Shown here piece by piece: positions 19,462 through 30,123 of a DNA stretch of 64,000 nucleotides. The stretch comes from Thecamonas trahens ATCC 50062. Its lineage: Eukaryota; Protista; Apusomonadida. A model generated the notes under the pieces. That model was not told where the DNA came from, searched no databases, and saw nothing but the letters and a program-made list of their open reading frames with translations. The stretch covers positions 290,392 to 354,391 of the forward strand of contig NW_013657653.1 of NCBI RefSeq assembly GCF_000142905.1, in the 5' to 3' direction. The position numbers and the translations under genes were made by a program. Position 1 is the first letter of the stretch. Every line of letters begins with the position of its first letter.

Positions 19462-22400
19462 CTACGCCCAGCTTGCAATGCCCGACGTCACGCTGGTAAT
19501 GAGCGCCTCACCGGCCTGGCCGGTCCGATTGGCGGCGCCGGCGTTGCCCGGCGACATAAGCACGAGCTTGGTCGCCTGCACGAAGGCAATGGTGTCGGCC
19601 TCAAACGAGAGCCCAGTATCCGACTGTAGCATCTTGATGGCGTCGACGACAAAGGTGAGCTGCGACTTGATTTCCGCCGCCGAGAGGTGCAGCGATGAGC
19701 AGAGCCGCCGGATGCCTTCGGTGCACGAGTCAGCGACAGACTTGACACGCGAGCGCCGGGCCTGGACCTCGCGCGACTCGAATGAGTTGCGGAGGACGTC
19801 GAGGTCGTCGGCCGTGGTGTGCGGCGACGGCGCAACAGGTGCCTCGCCTGCCGCCGCCGCGGGTGCCTCGGCCGCAGCGAGATCCTCCAGGTCATGCTCT
19901 GCAGCCTGGAGCTCCGCGAGCATCGCCGCGTGCTCAGCAGCCTTGGCCGCAGCATCGGCTGCTTTCTTGGCCGACTTTTTGGCCTTTTTGGCCGCCGCCG
20001 CCTCGGTCGCCGCCTCGTCGAGAGCCGCGTCGCGCTCCGCAGTGAGCTCCACGATCCGCGCCTGTGCCGCCTCCTTCTCGGCCTGGAGCTTGTTGATCAG
20101 CTCCAAGCGCTCCGCCGCCACCGTCTTGACCTCCGCCAGCTCGCTCTCCAGCCGCGCCGTCTGGTCCTCTACGGCAGAGAGCGAGAGCTGCGCTGCCTCG
20201 GCCTCCGACTGCGCCACCGCCAGCTGGTCCTCCAGCGCAGTCACCCGCGCCTTGCTTTGCTGCAGCTCGCGCGCAGCTCGAGTCACCTCGGCGCCATCCG
20301 CACTAGCATCAGAGCCTCCGCGCGCCTCGGCCTCTTTCAGCTGCGCCTGCACCGCCGCGATTCGCAGCGCTGCCTCCGCCTTGGCATCCTCCAGCTCTGC
20401 AATCTTGCCCAGCGCCGCCGCATGTGCCTGTGCCAGCGCCTGGTGCTCGGCAGGCGAGACTGTGTGTGCACCAGCGCTTGCTTCGCCGACGCTTGCGCCT
20501 GTGCCCGCGCCCCCGCCCGACTCGCTTGCTGANNNNNNNNNNNNNNNNNNNNNNNNNNNNNNNNNNNNNNNNNNNNNNNNNNNNNNNNNNNNNNNNNNNN
20601 NNNNNNNNNNNNNNNNNNNNNNNNNNNNNNNNNNNNNNNNNNNNNNNNNNNNNNNNNNCTTAAATTCCTACCCCGCGCCCCCGCCCGACTCGCTTGCTGA
20701 CGGCGTCCGCGCCGGGGACGTGGCGCCGGACGCCGGCGCCGGGCTTGGACTCGCCGGCGGCGCCGACCCTGGCTCCTCCGCCTGGACACCGCCGTCGACC
20801 GCGTTCTGTGCCGCAGACCGGTCCATTTCGCGCCGTGACTGGCGCGTGGCCGCGGCTGCGGCGGCTGCTGACGCTAGCGTCGCCGCCATTGTCGCCGCCA
20901 TCGGATCACCTGCAGACGACGATGACGAGGCTGGCTGCGACCGGTCGAGGGGCTCGACTGAGAGCGCCTTGTTGATGGTCACCGTCTGCAGTGCCTTGGT
21001 TGTGTTCGAAATCGCAGTGTACCACTTGCGCTTCTCCTCGGGCGTTGGCGCGTAAATGGTAAAGTTCCCGCGCTTAGAAATGATCTCAAACGCGTTCTTG
21101 GTCACCGCCGTGTCCGGAATGTCGCGGAGCGCTGACGAAATGAGCTCGACCCGACCCTTAAAGTCATAGTTGTAGCCCTTTTTCTTGCCAGGCGCAGCAT
21201 AGATGAGAATGTCTGAAAAGAGGAACCAGTATCGCCGCTGGTTGCGGCCCGAGCCCGAGCCCGGTGACTTTGTGAGATAGCCCTCGAGAATGAGCGAGCG
21301 CGAAGCGTCGACAATCGTGTCAAACGAGCCCGAGATGGTCGACTCGATCCGTTCACAGGTAAACTTGTTCTGCAGCTTAGACACAAACGGCGTGATGTCT
21401 GCACGCAGTTGGCCGAGGTCGTTGAGCATCTGCTCGTACGCCGGCGAGCAGTCCGGCGGCAAGTCGTAGAGCGTGATGGCCTCGTCGCGCATCGACTCGA
21501 AAATCTCCAGATACACTTTGACACCATCGAGAGGAAGCCGGAGCGCAGACTCGACAAAGGCGAGCTCGTACGAGACGTCCAGAAACTTGGAGACCTTGGT
21601 CATCGCCGTCGTCGTCACCGGTGCCAGCGCCGTATACATCGACATGGCGTACCGCTGAAGCGCCGTGTGGAACGCCGCGTTCTTGATCAGCGCATCGGAA
21701 ATAATCTGCGCGTACTGGTCGAGCGACTCGGCGCCCTCGAAACCAAAGATCGAGTTGCGGAGCGAGATGAGCAGCGCCCGACGCAGCTCAATAAACGCCT
21801 CCAGCTTGGCAGACACATCCACAAAGTTGTCCGTGAGGTTGCGCGGGAGCGGAAAGCCTTTCTCCGACGATGTAAACGGCGCCACAAACTTGTCCATTAC
21901 GTCTCGGCAGTTCTTGAGGTACAGCGTCTCGTCCTTGAGAATGGCAGACATCTTGCGCGCCACAACCTCCCGAATCGATGCCTGCTGCGAGGTCTTGGCC
22001 GCGTGCTCAAACGCGTTGGCCACCGCCGCCACATACTCCCCGCTAAACCCAAGGCCCACCAGGTCCAGCTCTGCCGGCGAAACGCTCGAGTTGGCCTTGG
22101 CCGCCGCGTCTGCCCCTGCCGCAAGCACTTGCACCACCACATCCACGTTTCCGCCTACCACAGCGCAATGCAGCGGCGTCGCTCCTGTAGCGGTCGTCTC
22201 GGTCACGTCCACAGACGCCGTCGCAAGCAGGAGCTCCACCACCTCGGCGTGTCCACCGAGACACGCTGCATGCAGCGGCGAGATCCGTGTAAACTTGGTC
22301 CGGCTCAGCGTGTCGCGCCCGTGGTACTGGCCTATCAGCAGCGAGACGAGCTCGGTGCACCCGGCCGCCGCAGCAGCATACAGTGGCGTCTGCCCATGCC

Positions 22401-23611
22401 GATCTCCAGCCCGAAACGAAGCCCCAACTCCGATGAGCGCCTCCACCGCCGCTACGTCGCCCTTGAGCGTCGCTGCCATCAGCGGCGTCACGCCCTCAAA
22501 GTTGGGCGTGTCCTTGTTGGTTGCGTCAAGCGAGCCCTCCAGCTCGAGCTTGGCCAGCTCCACCACCAGATCGACCTAAGCCCAAAGCGTACCCCCGCCT
22601 CGCGGTGGTCCACAGTTGTAAGTACGCCAGTGCGATCGGGCCATGAGCTCCCGGGCAAGATGGTGAGCGGCAGAGAAAGGCCGCTATTGGCCGAACCCAG
22701 CTGCGTGTCGGGCAAAAAAATGCACCCACACCTGCGCATACGGCCAAAAGTAGCGGAGAAGNNNNNNNNNNNNNNNNNNNNNNNNNNNNNNNNNNNNNNN
22801 NNNNNNNNNNNNNNNNNNNNNNNNNNNNNNNNNNNNNNNNNNNNNNNNNNNNNNNNNNNNNNNNNNNNNNNNNNNNNNNNNNNNNNNNNNNNNNNNNNNN
22901 NNNNNNNNNNNNNNNNNNNNNNNNNNNNNNNNNNNNNNNNNNNNNNNNNNNNNNNNNNNNNNNNNNNNNNNNNNNNNNNNNNNNNNNNNNNNNNNNNNNN
23001 NNNNNNNNNNNNNNNNNNNNNNNNNNNNNNNNNNNNNNNNNNNNNNNNNNNNNNNNNNNNNNNNNNNNNNNNNNNNNNNNNNNNNNNNNNNNNNNNNNNN
23101 NNNNNNNNNNNNNNNNNNNNNNNNNNNNNNNNNNNNNNNNNNNNNNNNNNNNNNNNNNNNNNNNNNNNNNNNNNNNNNNNNNNNNNNNNNNNNNNNNNNN
23201 NNNNNNNNNNNNNNNNNNNNNNNNNNNNNNNNNNNNNNNNNNNCGAGAGATATGGTGGAAATGAGGGGAAGGGGGGGGGAGGGAGGGGGGGGAGGGAAGA
23301 GGGGGAGGAGGATTGCAGGGGGATGGAACTGTCGTAGTTGGTGTGGTCCTCTGTCGCGTGTGTGGCTTGGTGGCGGTGGCTTGGAAGCGAACGAATGGCT
23401 GACACGCCACACCAACAGGGGGGAGGGTGCGGGGGCATGCAGAGGGACGTACATTGCCTGTGAGGATACCATGGTGCAGGAGGGTGTTACCTGTGTTGGG
23501 GTCAATGCCCTCCTCTGAGTGCTGCTCAAGAAGCCGGGTAAGTTCCGCCGTGCGGGCCTCGCCGCACTGCTCGGCCCATGCCGTTGCAAGGAGGTTGAAC
23601 AGGCGCTCCAT
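19462..23611 (-). CDS. Ankyrin repeat - divergent RhoGEF (DH) - PH - coiled coil - C-terminal helical bundle protein; exon 23611-23453, intron, then exon from 22575 across a spurious gap to 19462
   Basis: Splice GGCAAT|gtacgt ... cttag|GTCGAT gives the ankyrin repeat GNTLLHHGILTGN-VDLVVEL. Further ANK repeats GVTPLM, GQTPLY, SPLHAAC, GATPLHCA. PH: LILEGYLTK..RYWFLFSDILIY..EEKRKWYTAI. Collapsing the duplicated gap flanks joins ORFs 20668..22566 and 19462..20352 in frame. Confidence 0.8.
20533..20658. other. Assembly gap with duplicated flanks (probably spurious). Other gaps: 17383-17921, 22762-23243, 27535-27634, 50347-50601, 53467-53671, 58793-59417
   Basis: CCCGCGCCCCCGCCCGACTCGCTTGCTGA occurs on both sides of the Ns. 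Confidence 0.85.
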
Positions 23612-23669
23612 GGCGAGAGACGGGTACCGAATGCCGAGTGGCGAGGCGGGCGCAACCGCAGGCCCAGAG

Positions 23670-26600
23670 TCAAACCGAGGCCACAACATGGATGACGTCG
23701 TCGTCGACGTCGTTGCCGGCTAGAACAACGTCGATGGTGGTGTTCGCGCCGGCAGCTGTGCAGGCAGAAGCAAGGGTGTCGCAGAGTGGCGGGATGTGCT
23801 GCGGCCCGAGGCCGACGCCACCGATGTTGAGCGTGAGCGTGGCACCTGTTGGCGGAACGATGGCGGAGGCGATGACGGCAACGCCGGAGCCAAGAAGCAA
23901 GTTATGCGCGAGATTGATGGAGGTGAGTTGCGGATGGGAGGCAACAAATGCCGCGAGCGTTGGGCCGGCCCCGTCGTCGAGCCCATTTGCTGCAATGTTG
24001 AGCGCGGTCAGCTGAGGCCAGGACGACGGCGGCGGCAGCGCTCCAAGCGGTGTGCCCGACGTGTTGAGCAGCGTGAGGTTGGGAAGTCTATCGCCGCCGA
24101 GCACATCGCCCAGCGCAGCCTCGTTCCCATTCGTGACTGTGCAGGCGACGAGCGCGAGAGAGTGGAGCGCGCTCAGCTGTGGCACAAGCTGGGACAAGAG
24201 GCTGACATCAAGCGCGCTGTTTGAGAGCGTGAGCGACGTCAGTGCCGACCAGCCGGGCGCAGCGAGGACAGCCTCGCCCCAGGCAGCATCGGTGGCATTT
24301 GCCTCTGCCAGCTGTAGCTCGGACAGGCCGCAGCCTGTACGATTGACGGCAGCAGCGACAAGAGCGCCTTCCGAGTCGGCGCCGGCGAGCGCGAGCCGCA
24401 GCAGCGGCGGAAGGTTGACGCCGGCAGCACTCAGTGTACTGCTGTCCGGTAGTTCATCGATCCAGGTACCGACGTCAATGTGTGGCGCCGGTGCCAGCGA
24501 GCGCTCGCCAAGCTCTGAGCACTGTAGCAGGTGCGGAAAGTGGGCCACCAGCGGTGTGAGCCGCGAAGATCCCGGACCAGCCACAACCTGTGTGCCGACA
24601 CCATCGGCTCGTCGTGGCTGCGACGCATGCAACGCGCCTAGGAACGACGCTAGCTGGGCATCGGTGAGTGTTGCCGAGCCAGCTACATCAACCACGAGCG
24701 GGTCGGTTGAAAACGAGACAAAGACCGAGCCGTCGGCGCCATTGCCGACTACCCGCTCCACGTTGGCCAGCCGCAGGTAGGTGAGCGCAGGCAGCGCAAA
24801 CTGGAGCGAGGCAAGCGCAGGCAGATCTTCAAGTACCAGTCGCGCCAGCATCGGGTGCTCAAACAATGCAGAGCTGGCGCGGCCCTTGACTTTGGCCAGC
24901 AGCGAGCCGCTCCGCTTGGCCGGCTCGAGCGAGACGAAACTGCTGCAGTCAGAAATGGTGAGCTCGTAGAGCTGCGGCACGGTCTTGTCGAGCAATGGCA
25001 GTTGGACGAGCGCGTGGCACCGCGCCAGCTCGAGATGTCTAAGCGTGGGCACACACTTGAGGGCCTTTCCAAGCACCCCACCGTCGAGCCAGCACAGATC
25101 GGTGAGCGCAAGTCGAGCAAGCGTGGTCTTGGCGTGAATAGAGGCCAGCGTCTTGGCCAAGCCGGCCTTGCCAACGAGGTGCGCCACCGGCGAAAACGTG
25201 CCGTCGCCCAGCGCCGCTGCCAGCAGCGGCGACGGTGCGCCGCGCAGCAGCTGCTTGGCCAGAGCATCCTCCTCCGGTGCCGGAGCATGAGCAAGCAGGT
25301 CGAGGCTCGCCGCCAACGCGTCGGCCTCGATGGCAGCCAGAGGCTCGAGCTCAGCCCGGATGAGCGCAAGCGGCTCGGAGTCGGTACTGCTGGTGGAGCG
25401 GAGGGCAGACGTCCCAAATCGGGCGAGCAGCGCGTGGGCGGCGGGAGTGCCCAGCGCACTCCCGCCGGCGCACAGTGCGTCGTAGGCGGCAATGGCTCGC
25501 GGCGGAACAAGCACGTTGACCAGCGCGTGGGCAGCAGTATCAATGTCGACATCGGCGCCACATCGAGCAAGAATGCTGGCTGACGCGTACTTCACTCGTG
25601 CCAGTCGCATCACGAGATGTGAGAGCCAGGCTGACGGCAAAGTACTCGCGAGGCTGTGCTCGAGAGCCCAGCCGGCCCACGGTCCGGAGCGAACCTCGTG
25701 GCCGACAGCCTGCAGTCGCGAGACAACCACGTCGGCAACATGCAATGGGTCAAGGCTGGCAAGCGCCTCTAGCCCGACCGCAATCGGTTCGGGCGACGTG
25801 TCGGCCAGCCCGCTGCCAGCTAACGCAAGCAGCGCAGGTGAGACCAGGCCCGAGCCGGGCAGCAGGGCAAGCGGCGCTGATACGAGGGCAGCCAGCGGCC
25901 GGCGAGTCACCAACTCCGCCACCAGGTTGCCGAGCGGCGATGCTCCAGTCTGCACCTCGTACACCGCAAGGTACAGCGCGCCACTCCCGGTGGCAACCAG
26001 GTCAAACCACGCTGAACAAGCTGTGCGGCCAAGTAACGCTTGGCCGACATACTGCGGAACGAGGAGCGCGCCAAACATCTCGGCAGCCGACTGCGGGTCG
26101 AGCGGTCCGACCCAAGTGAGGGTGGCCAGGCCCAAGTTCGCCATGATCCCGCCGCGCGGCACGTCGTCGCGCAGTCGGCGAAGCCCGAGGTCGCAGGTGA
26201 GCGAGACAAACGTTCGCGGCTGCGTCGACATCGACGACGGCCGAAACGGGCTGATGGTCTCAGACACCGTATCGAGCAATCGGCGAGTGACTGCCGTGTG
26301 TAGCGTCGGCTCGAGGCTCTTAACAGCCTCGACTGGGTGTTCGGCTCCTGCGAGCGCGTTGGCGAGGGTCTCGCCAAATAGAGCCGCCGCCGCGTCAGCG
26401 TCGCCATCCCACGCAGCAGCCACGAGTCGCGGCAGGTAGCCGGCTCTGCAGGAGGCGGGGCCGAGTTCGATCTTTGACTCTGGCTTCATGCCGTGAAAAA
26501 CCGCCAGCCAAGTAAGAACGTGTTCGAGATCGGCTGCTGTGGCGATTCGCGGCACGCAGAGTGCGCGACGAGCTGCCGCTGCTGCCGCGCCCTCGCCGCC

Positions 26601-27452
26601 AAGCACGGCATCAAACGAGAGCGATTCAAGGAGAGCCGCGAACCCAGATGCCGAGCCACACACACAATGCGGCTGGGTGGCAGCAATGAGAGCGTTCAGC
26701 GGTGGCGCAGCGTCGCTCCGCAGCGCGGCTTGCGCGGCCAAGTAGTCAGCAACGCTTGACGATGGAAGGACTGCAACGTCAACAGTAGCACCAGAGACAG
26801 CGAGGTAGGCTGCCGCCACAAAGGCGGCAACGGCGGAAGCGCGTACTGCAGAGACAGCATCGAGCTCGGAAGCGTGGGCAAGGACCACCCAGGCGGGCGG
26901 GCTCTCAGCCTGCGACGGCACAACCACGCAGCCGCCGCTGCCAAGCAGAGCGTCGACGCCAGCAGGCGCGCCGACGACGATGGCGGCGTCAGTCACGACC
27001 GCCGCCAGCCAACCGTGTGGGCGGCCGAGGACGGTAACCAGCCATGGATCGTGAGCAACGAGACCCTCAATCGAAGCCCAACGCGCACCATACTCGACCG
27101 AGGCCGGTGCGAGGCCGGGTGGAGCCTTTGAGTGGTGAGCGATGAGTGCAGCAGCATCGGCGGCACCGTCGTCAGCAGCGACCAGCGCCCAGCGGTAGAG
27201 CTCGTCCAGCCGATCCTTGTCCATCAGTCGAAGGAGAGAAGCCGGCGGCTTGCGCAAGATGCGGAACAGCACATCACGCGCCGGTGTGGTCCTTCCGCCA
27301 CGGAGCAAGGCCGTGAGGAGCACAGCCAGGGCAGACCCGTTGCCTTCGCCTTCCAGCAGCTCTGCCGCCGCCGCTGCCCACACAGTTGGTGTCGGCGGTG
27401 GAGTGGCAGCCAGGGAGGCTAGTGCAGAGTCGAGGGAGGGGGGTAAGGACAT
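23670..27452 (-). CDS. Large Ala/Leu-rich helical protein with C-terminal leucine-rich repeats (RNI-like)
   Basis: ATG at 27452 (MSLPPSLD); LRR motifs LRHLELARC, LTSLTLSNS, LTLLNTSGT, LTALNIAANGL, LTSINLAHNLL. Confidence 0.75.
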   Translation of the reverse strand: MSLPPSLDSALASLAATPPPTPTVWAAAAAELLEGEGNGSALAVLLTALLRGGRTTPARDVLFRILRKPPASLLRLMDKDRLDELYRWALVAADDGAADAAALIAHHSKAPPGLAPASVEYGARWASIEGLVAHDPWLVTVLGRPHGWLAAVVTDAAIVVGAPAGVDALLGSGGCVVVPSQAESPPAWVVLAHASELDAVSAVRASAVAAFVAAAYLAVSGATVDVAVLPSSSVADYLAAQAALRSDAAPPLNALIAATQPHCVCGSASGFAALLESLSFDAVLGGEGAAAAAARRALCVPRIATAADLEHVLTWLAVFHGMKPESKIELGPASCRAGYLPRLVAAAWDGDADAAAALFGETLANALAGAEHPVEAVKSLEPTLHTAVTRRLLDTVSETISPFRPSSMSTQPRTFVSLTCDLGLRRLRDDVPRGGIMANLGLATLTWVGPLDPQSAAEMFGALLVPQYVGQALLGRTACSAWFDLVATGSGALYLAVYEVQTGASPLGNLVAELVTRRPLAALVSAPLALLPGSGLVSPALLALAGSGLADTSPEPIAVGLEALASLDPLHVADVVVSRLQAVGHEVRSGPWAGWALEHSLASTLPSAWLSHLVMRLARVKYASASILARCGADVDIDTAAHALVNVLVPPRAIAAYDALCAGGSALGTPAAHALLARFGTSALRSTSSTDSEPLALIRAELEPLAAIEADALAASLDLLAHAPAPEEDALAKQLLRGAPSPLLAAALGDGTFSPVAHLVGKAGLAKTLASIHAKTTLARLALTDLCWLDGGVLGKALKCVPTLRHLELARCHALVQLPLLDKTVPQLYELTISDCSSFVSLEPAKRSGSLLAKVKGRASSALFEHPMLARLVLEDLPALASLQFALPALTYLRLANVERVVGNGADGSVFVSFSTDPLVVDVAGSATLTDAQLASFLGALHASQPRRADGVGTQVVAGPGSSRLTPLVAHFPHLLQCSELGERSLAPAPHIDVGTWIDELPDSSTLSAAGVNLPPLLRLALAGADSEGALVAAAVNRTGCGLSELQLAEANATDAAWGEAVLAAPGWSALTSLTLSNSALDVSLLSQLVPQLSALHSLALVACTVTNGNEAALGDVLGGDRLPNLTLLNTSGTPLGALPPPSSWPQLTALNIAANGLDDGAGPTLAAFVASHPQLTSINLAHNLLLGSGVAVIASAIVPPTGATLTLNIGGVGLGPQHIPPLCDTLASACTAAGANTTIDVVLAGNDVDDDVIHVVASV

Positions 27453-27634
27453 GGTTGAGTGGTGGTGTGTGGTGTGGGTGGGGGGGGGGGGGGGAGGGGG
27501 GAGAGGCGGTGGGTGGGCGAGAGAGGGAGGGCGANNNNNNNNNNNNNNNNNNNNNNNNNNNNNNNNNNNNNNNNNNNNNNNNNNNNNNNNNNNNNNNNNN
27601 NNNNNNNNNNNNNNNNNNNNNNNNNNNNNNNNNN

Positions 27635-27862
27635 TCATGGACCAGACAAGCGAAAGCATGATGGGAACCTCGACGAGAACGCCGACCACATTGACAAGCA
27701 CGGCACTGGAATCAAAGGCCGTACGAGGCGATGGCAACGGCGACGCCGAGCTCGAAAAAGTTGGAAGAGGAGATAAAGGTCGCAGGCGCAGCCACATTGA
27801 ACGGAAGCCGGGCGTACCAGGCGAGGACAGCTGCGATGGCAAAGACCAGATAGGTCTGCAGG
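27635..27862 (-). pseudogene. C-terminal fragment of an ACR3-family arsenite/antimonite efflux transporter (one frameshift, runs into a gap)
   Basis: [10 protein letters not shown]...[25 protein letters not shown], then with one T removed DSSAVLVNVVGVLVEVPIMLSLVW; SNFFELA.AVA and VGVLVEVP.MLSLV are ACR3 signature motifs. Confidence 0.7.
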
Positions 27863-27946
27863 GAGAGCGCGTGGGGTGGCGAGAGAGGGAGGCACCTGAC
27901 TTGGCTGGGGGCAGAGGACGGCAGGTCGGGGGCTGGTGGGAGAGGC

Positions 27947-28627
27947 ATGGCTCACAAACGGAGGGATGGGCAAGTGCAAGAAGAACGAGTTTCAGGTGAG
28001 GCGGTGGCGGTGGGCGCAGCAGTGGGGGTGGCGGCGACGGTGTGGGCCAGGGGTGGACTGCTGGTGGCGCTGCTGATGCTGCAGTCGGTGTCGGGGGCGG
28101 TGCTGGGCGCGTTTGAGGCTCTGGTCAAGGCGCATGTCATTGTGGTTGTCTCTCTGACCATGGCGGTGGGCGCGGGAGGGAACGCGTCGAATCAGGCTGC
28201 GGTGGCGATGATCCGCGCTCTGGCCACCGGATCGGTGACGCCTGCGACGGCGGTGAGGGCCATGGCTCGTGAAGCCGCCATCGGCCTGGGGCTGGCGGCG
28301 GTGATGGCTGCGGCGGCCGGCGCTCGGACGGCGTATGCGGTGACGATCGGTGGCGCAGCGCCGGACGATGAGGCTTTGGTCACCGCGTCGATTGCCGCCA
28401 TCGCCATTGCTGTCGGTGCCATCGTCTTTATCTCGGTCGTCCTGGGAGCGAGCCTCCCGCTCGCGCTCCATGCCATCGGACTCGACCCTGCGCACGCCGG
28501 GCCTGTTGCCCAGGTCTCGATGGACATCATCGGTGTCGCCGTCGTGTGCGTCGTCTGTGGCGCGCTGCTTCCCACTCCAGCGGCGGGCGCAGCGACTATG
28601 GCTGGTCACGATGCGACTGAGTTGTAA
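27947..28627 (+). CDS. Stand-alone MgtE-type magnesium transporter TM domain
   Basis: [56 protein letters not shown]; no CBS or N domain. Confidence 0.8.
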   Translation: MAHKRRDGQVQEERVSGEAVAVGAAVGVAATVWARGGLLVALLMLQSVSGAVLGAFEALVKAHVIVVVSLTMAVGAGGNASNQAAVAMIRALATGSVTPATAVRAMAREAAIGLGLAAVMAAAAGARTAYAVTIGGAAPDDEALVTASIAAIAIAVGAIVFISVVLGASLPLALHAIGLDPAHAGPVAQVSMDIIGVAVVCVVCGALLPTPAAGAATMAGHDATEL

Positions 28628-28895
28628 ACCGTTGTTGTCGACCCAGAGCCTGACCACCACCACCCCACTAGCCGCTGCCGCCACCACAACCGGCCACCAC
28701 TCGACCACACACACACGCACACACACACACTCTCTCTCTCTCTCTCTCTAATCCCATCACCCACCCGCCATCCACCCACACATCCACACCCACGCCCACC
28801 CGTCTACCGCCTTCCCCTTGCCCACGCTCAACCAGTAGAGCCAGCCCGTCTCGATCCGTCAACCGCCCCACCCCGCCCACTGCCCACGTACCCAG

Positions 28896-28896
<1 letters not shown>

Positions 28897-28956
<60 letters not shown>
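28897..28956. repeat. (CA)n microsatellite immediately upstream of the TPT gene
   Basis: Direct observation. Confidence 0.95.
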
Positions 28957-28958
<2 letters not shown>

Positions 28959-28959
<1 letters not shown>

Positions 28960-30077
28960 TGTTGCAGAGACAGCGGTCCCTGCGGTGGACGTCTGTAGAG
29001 CCACCACGGAGTGAAGGAGTCGCGCCGGCCGGAGGTGGTGAAGGCAGCGGCTGGCATTCGGCGCGGCCGGCGGCGCCCACTACTGGCGGCGGGCGCGGGC
29101 TGGTGAACTCGGCAACGATGCGGCTGGTGGCGACGTTTGTGTTCTGGTTTGCATCGTCGATTGTATCATCAAACGTGAAGAAGGCAGTGCTGAACGGGAT
29201 CTCATTGCCGCTGGCGCTGACAACGTTCCAGTTTGGGGCGTGCGCGACGTGCACTCTGCTGTACATCCGTGTCTTCCGCATCCCGTCGCAGCCACACGGA
29301 CGCGGGTACGGCAAGGCCGCGGCGGTGGCGCCGGACGCGCTGCCGCTACATCACGACGAGCGGCCGCACATGCAGCATGCGCTGACGCTCAACGAGATGC
29401 TTACCAAGGTTGTGCCGCTCTCGCTCACCCAAGTCGCGGCGCACTTCTTCACGGCCTTCTCCATGTCGCTTGTCCCGGTCTCGTACATGCACACGGTCAA
29501 GGCCATGGGCCCGATCTTCACCATTATTGTCTCGACAGTCTTTCTCAGCAAGAGCTATCCGCGCAAGGTATGGATTGCGCTCATGTTCATCTTTCTTGGC
29601 GTCTCGCTGGCGTCGGCCACTGAGCTGGTCTTTGACATGCTCGGCCTCATTGCAGCGGCGTCGTCGGCGCTCATTGGCGTCATCCAGTCGCTGTACTCGA
29701 AGCACATGCTGAGCTCGATGTCGATCTCGCACGAGCATCTGCTGTTCTACTCGTCGGCTGTTTCGTTTGTCATTCTTCTTCCTGTGGCGCTCGTCTACGA
29801 CGGGGTCCGTGTTCTCGACGCGCGGCTGTCCGAGGTTGGCTGGCTGCTGGTGCTCCTTGCCGGCTCACACTTTGGCCAGTCGATCGGTGCCTTCCAGTTC
29901 CTGGCGTATGTGACGCCGCTAGCGTATGCCATCGCCAACACTTGCAAGCGCCTGGCCATCATTGTCTCGTCCGTCGTTTACTTTGCACACCCGGTCTCTG
30001 CGCTCAACGCGCTCGGTATGCTCATTGCGTTTGGTGGACAGGCTGCGTATGTGGTCATCAAGTCGTCAGGCCGCTAA
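28959..30077 (+). CDS. Triose-phosphate transporter / SLC35E1-like nucleotide-sugar transporter family protein
   Basis: VPVSYMHTVKAMGPIFT, GVSLASATEL, VTPLAYAIANTCKRL motifs; ~10 TM segments. Confidence 0.88.
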
Positions 30078-30123
30078 TTGTGAGCTGGACAGTGGTGCCT
30101 GTGGGTGTGCGGACGGCTCTCGA

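Noticed and set aside
23670-27842. 1390-aa ORF as an ACR3-LRR fusion
   Set aside because: The two parts are joined only through Ns and a poly-C tract; the LRR gene has its own ATG at 27452.
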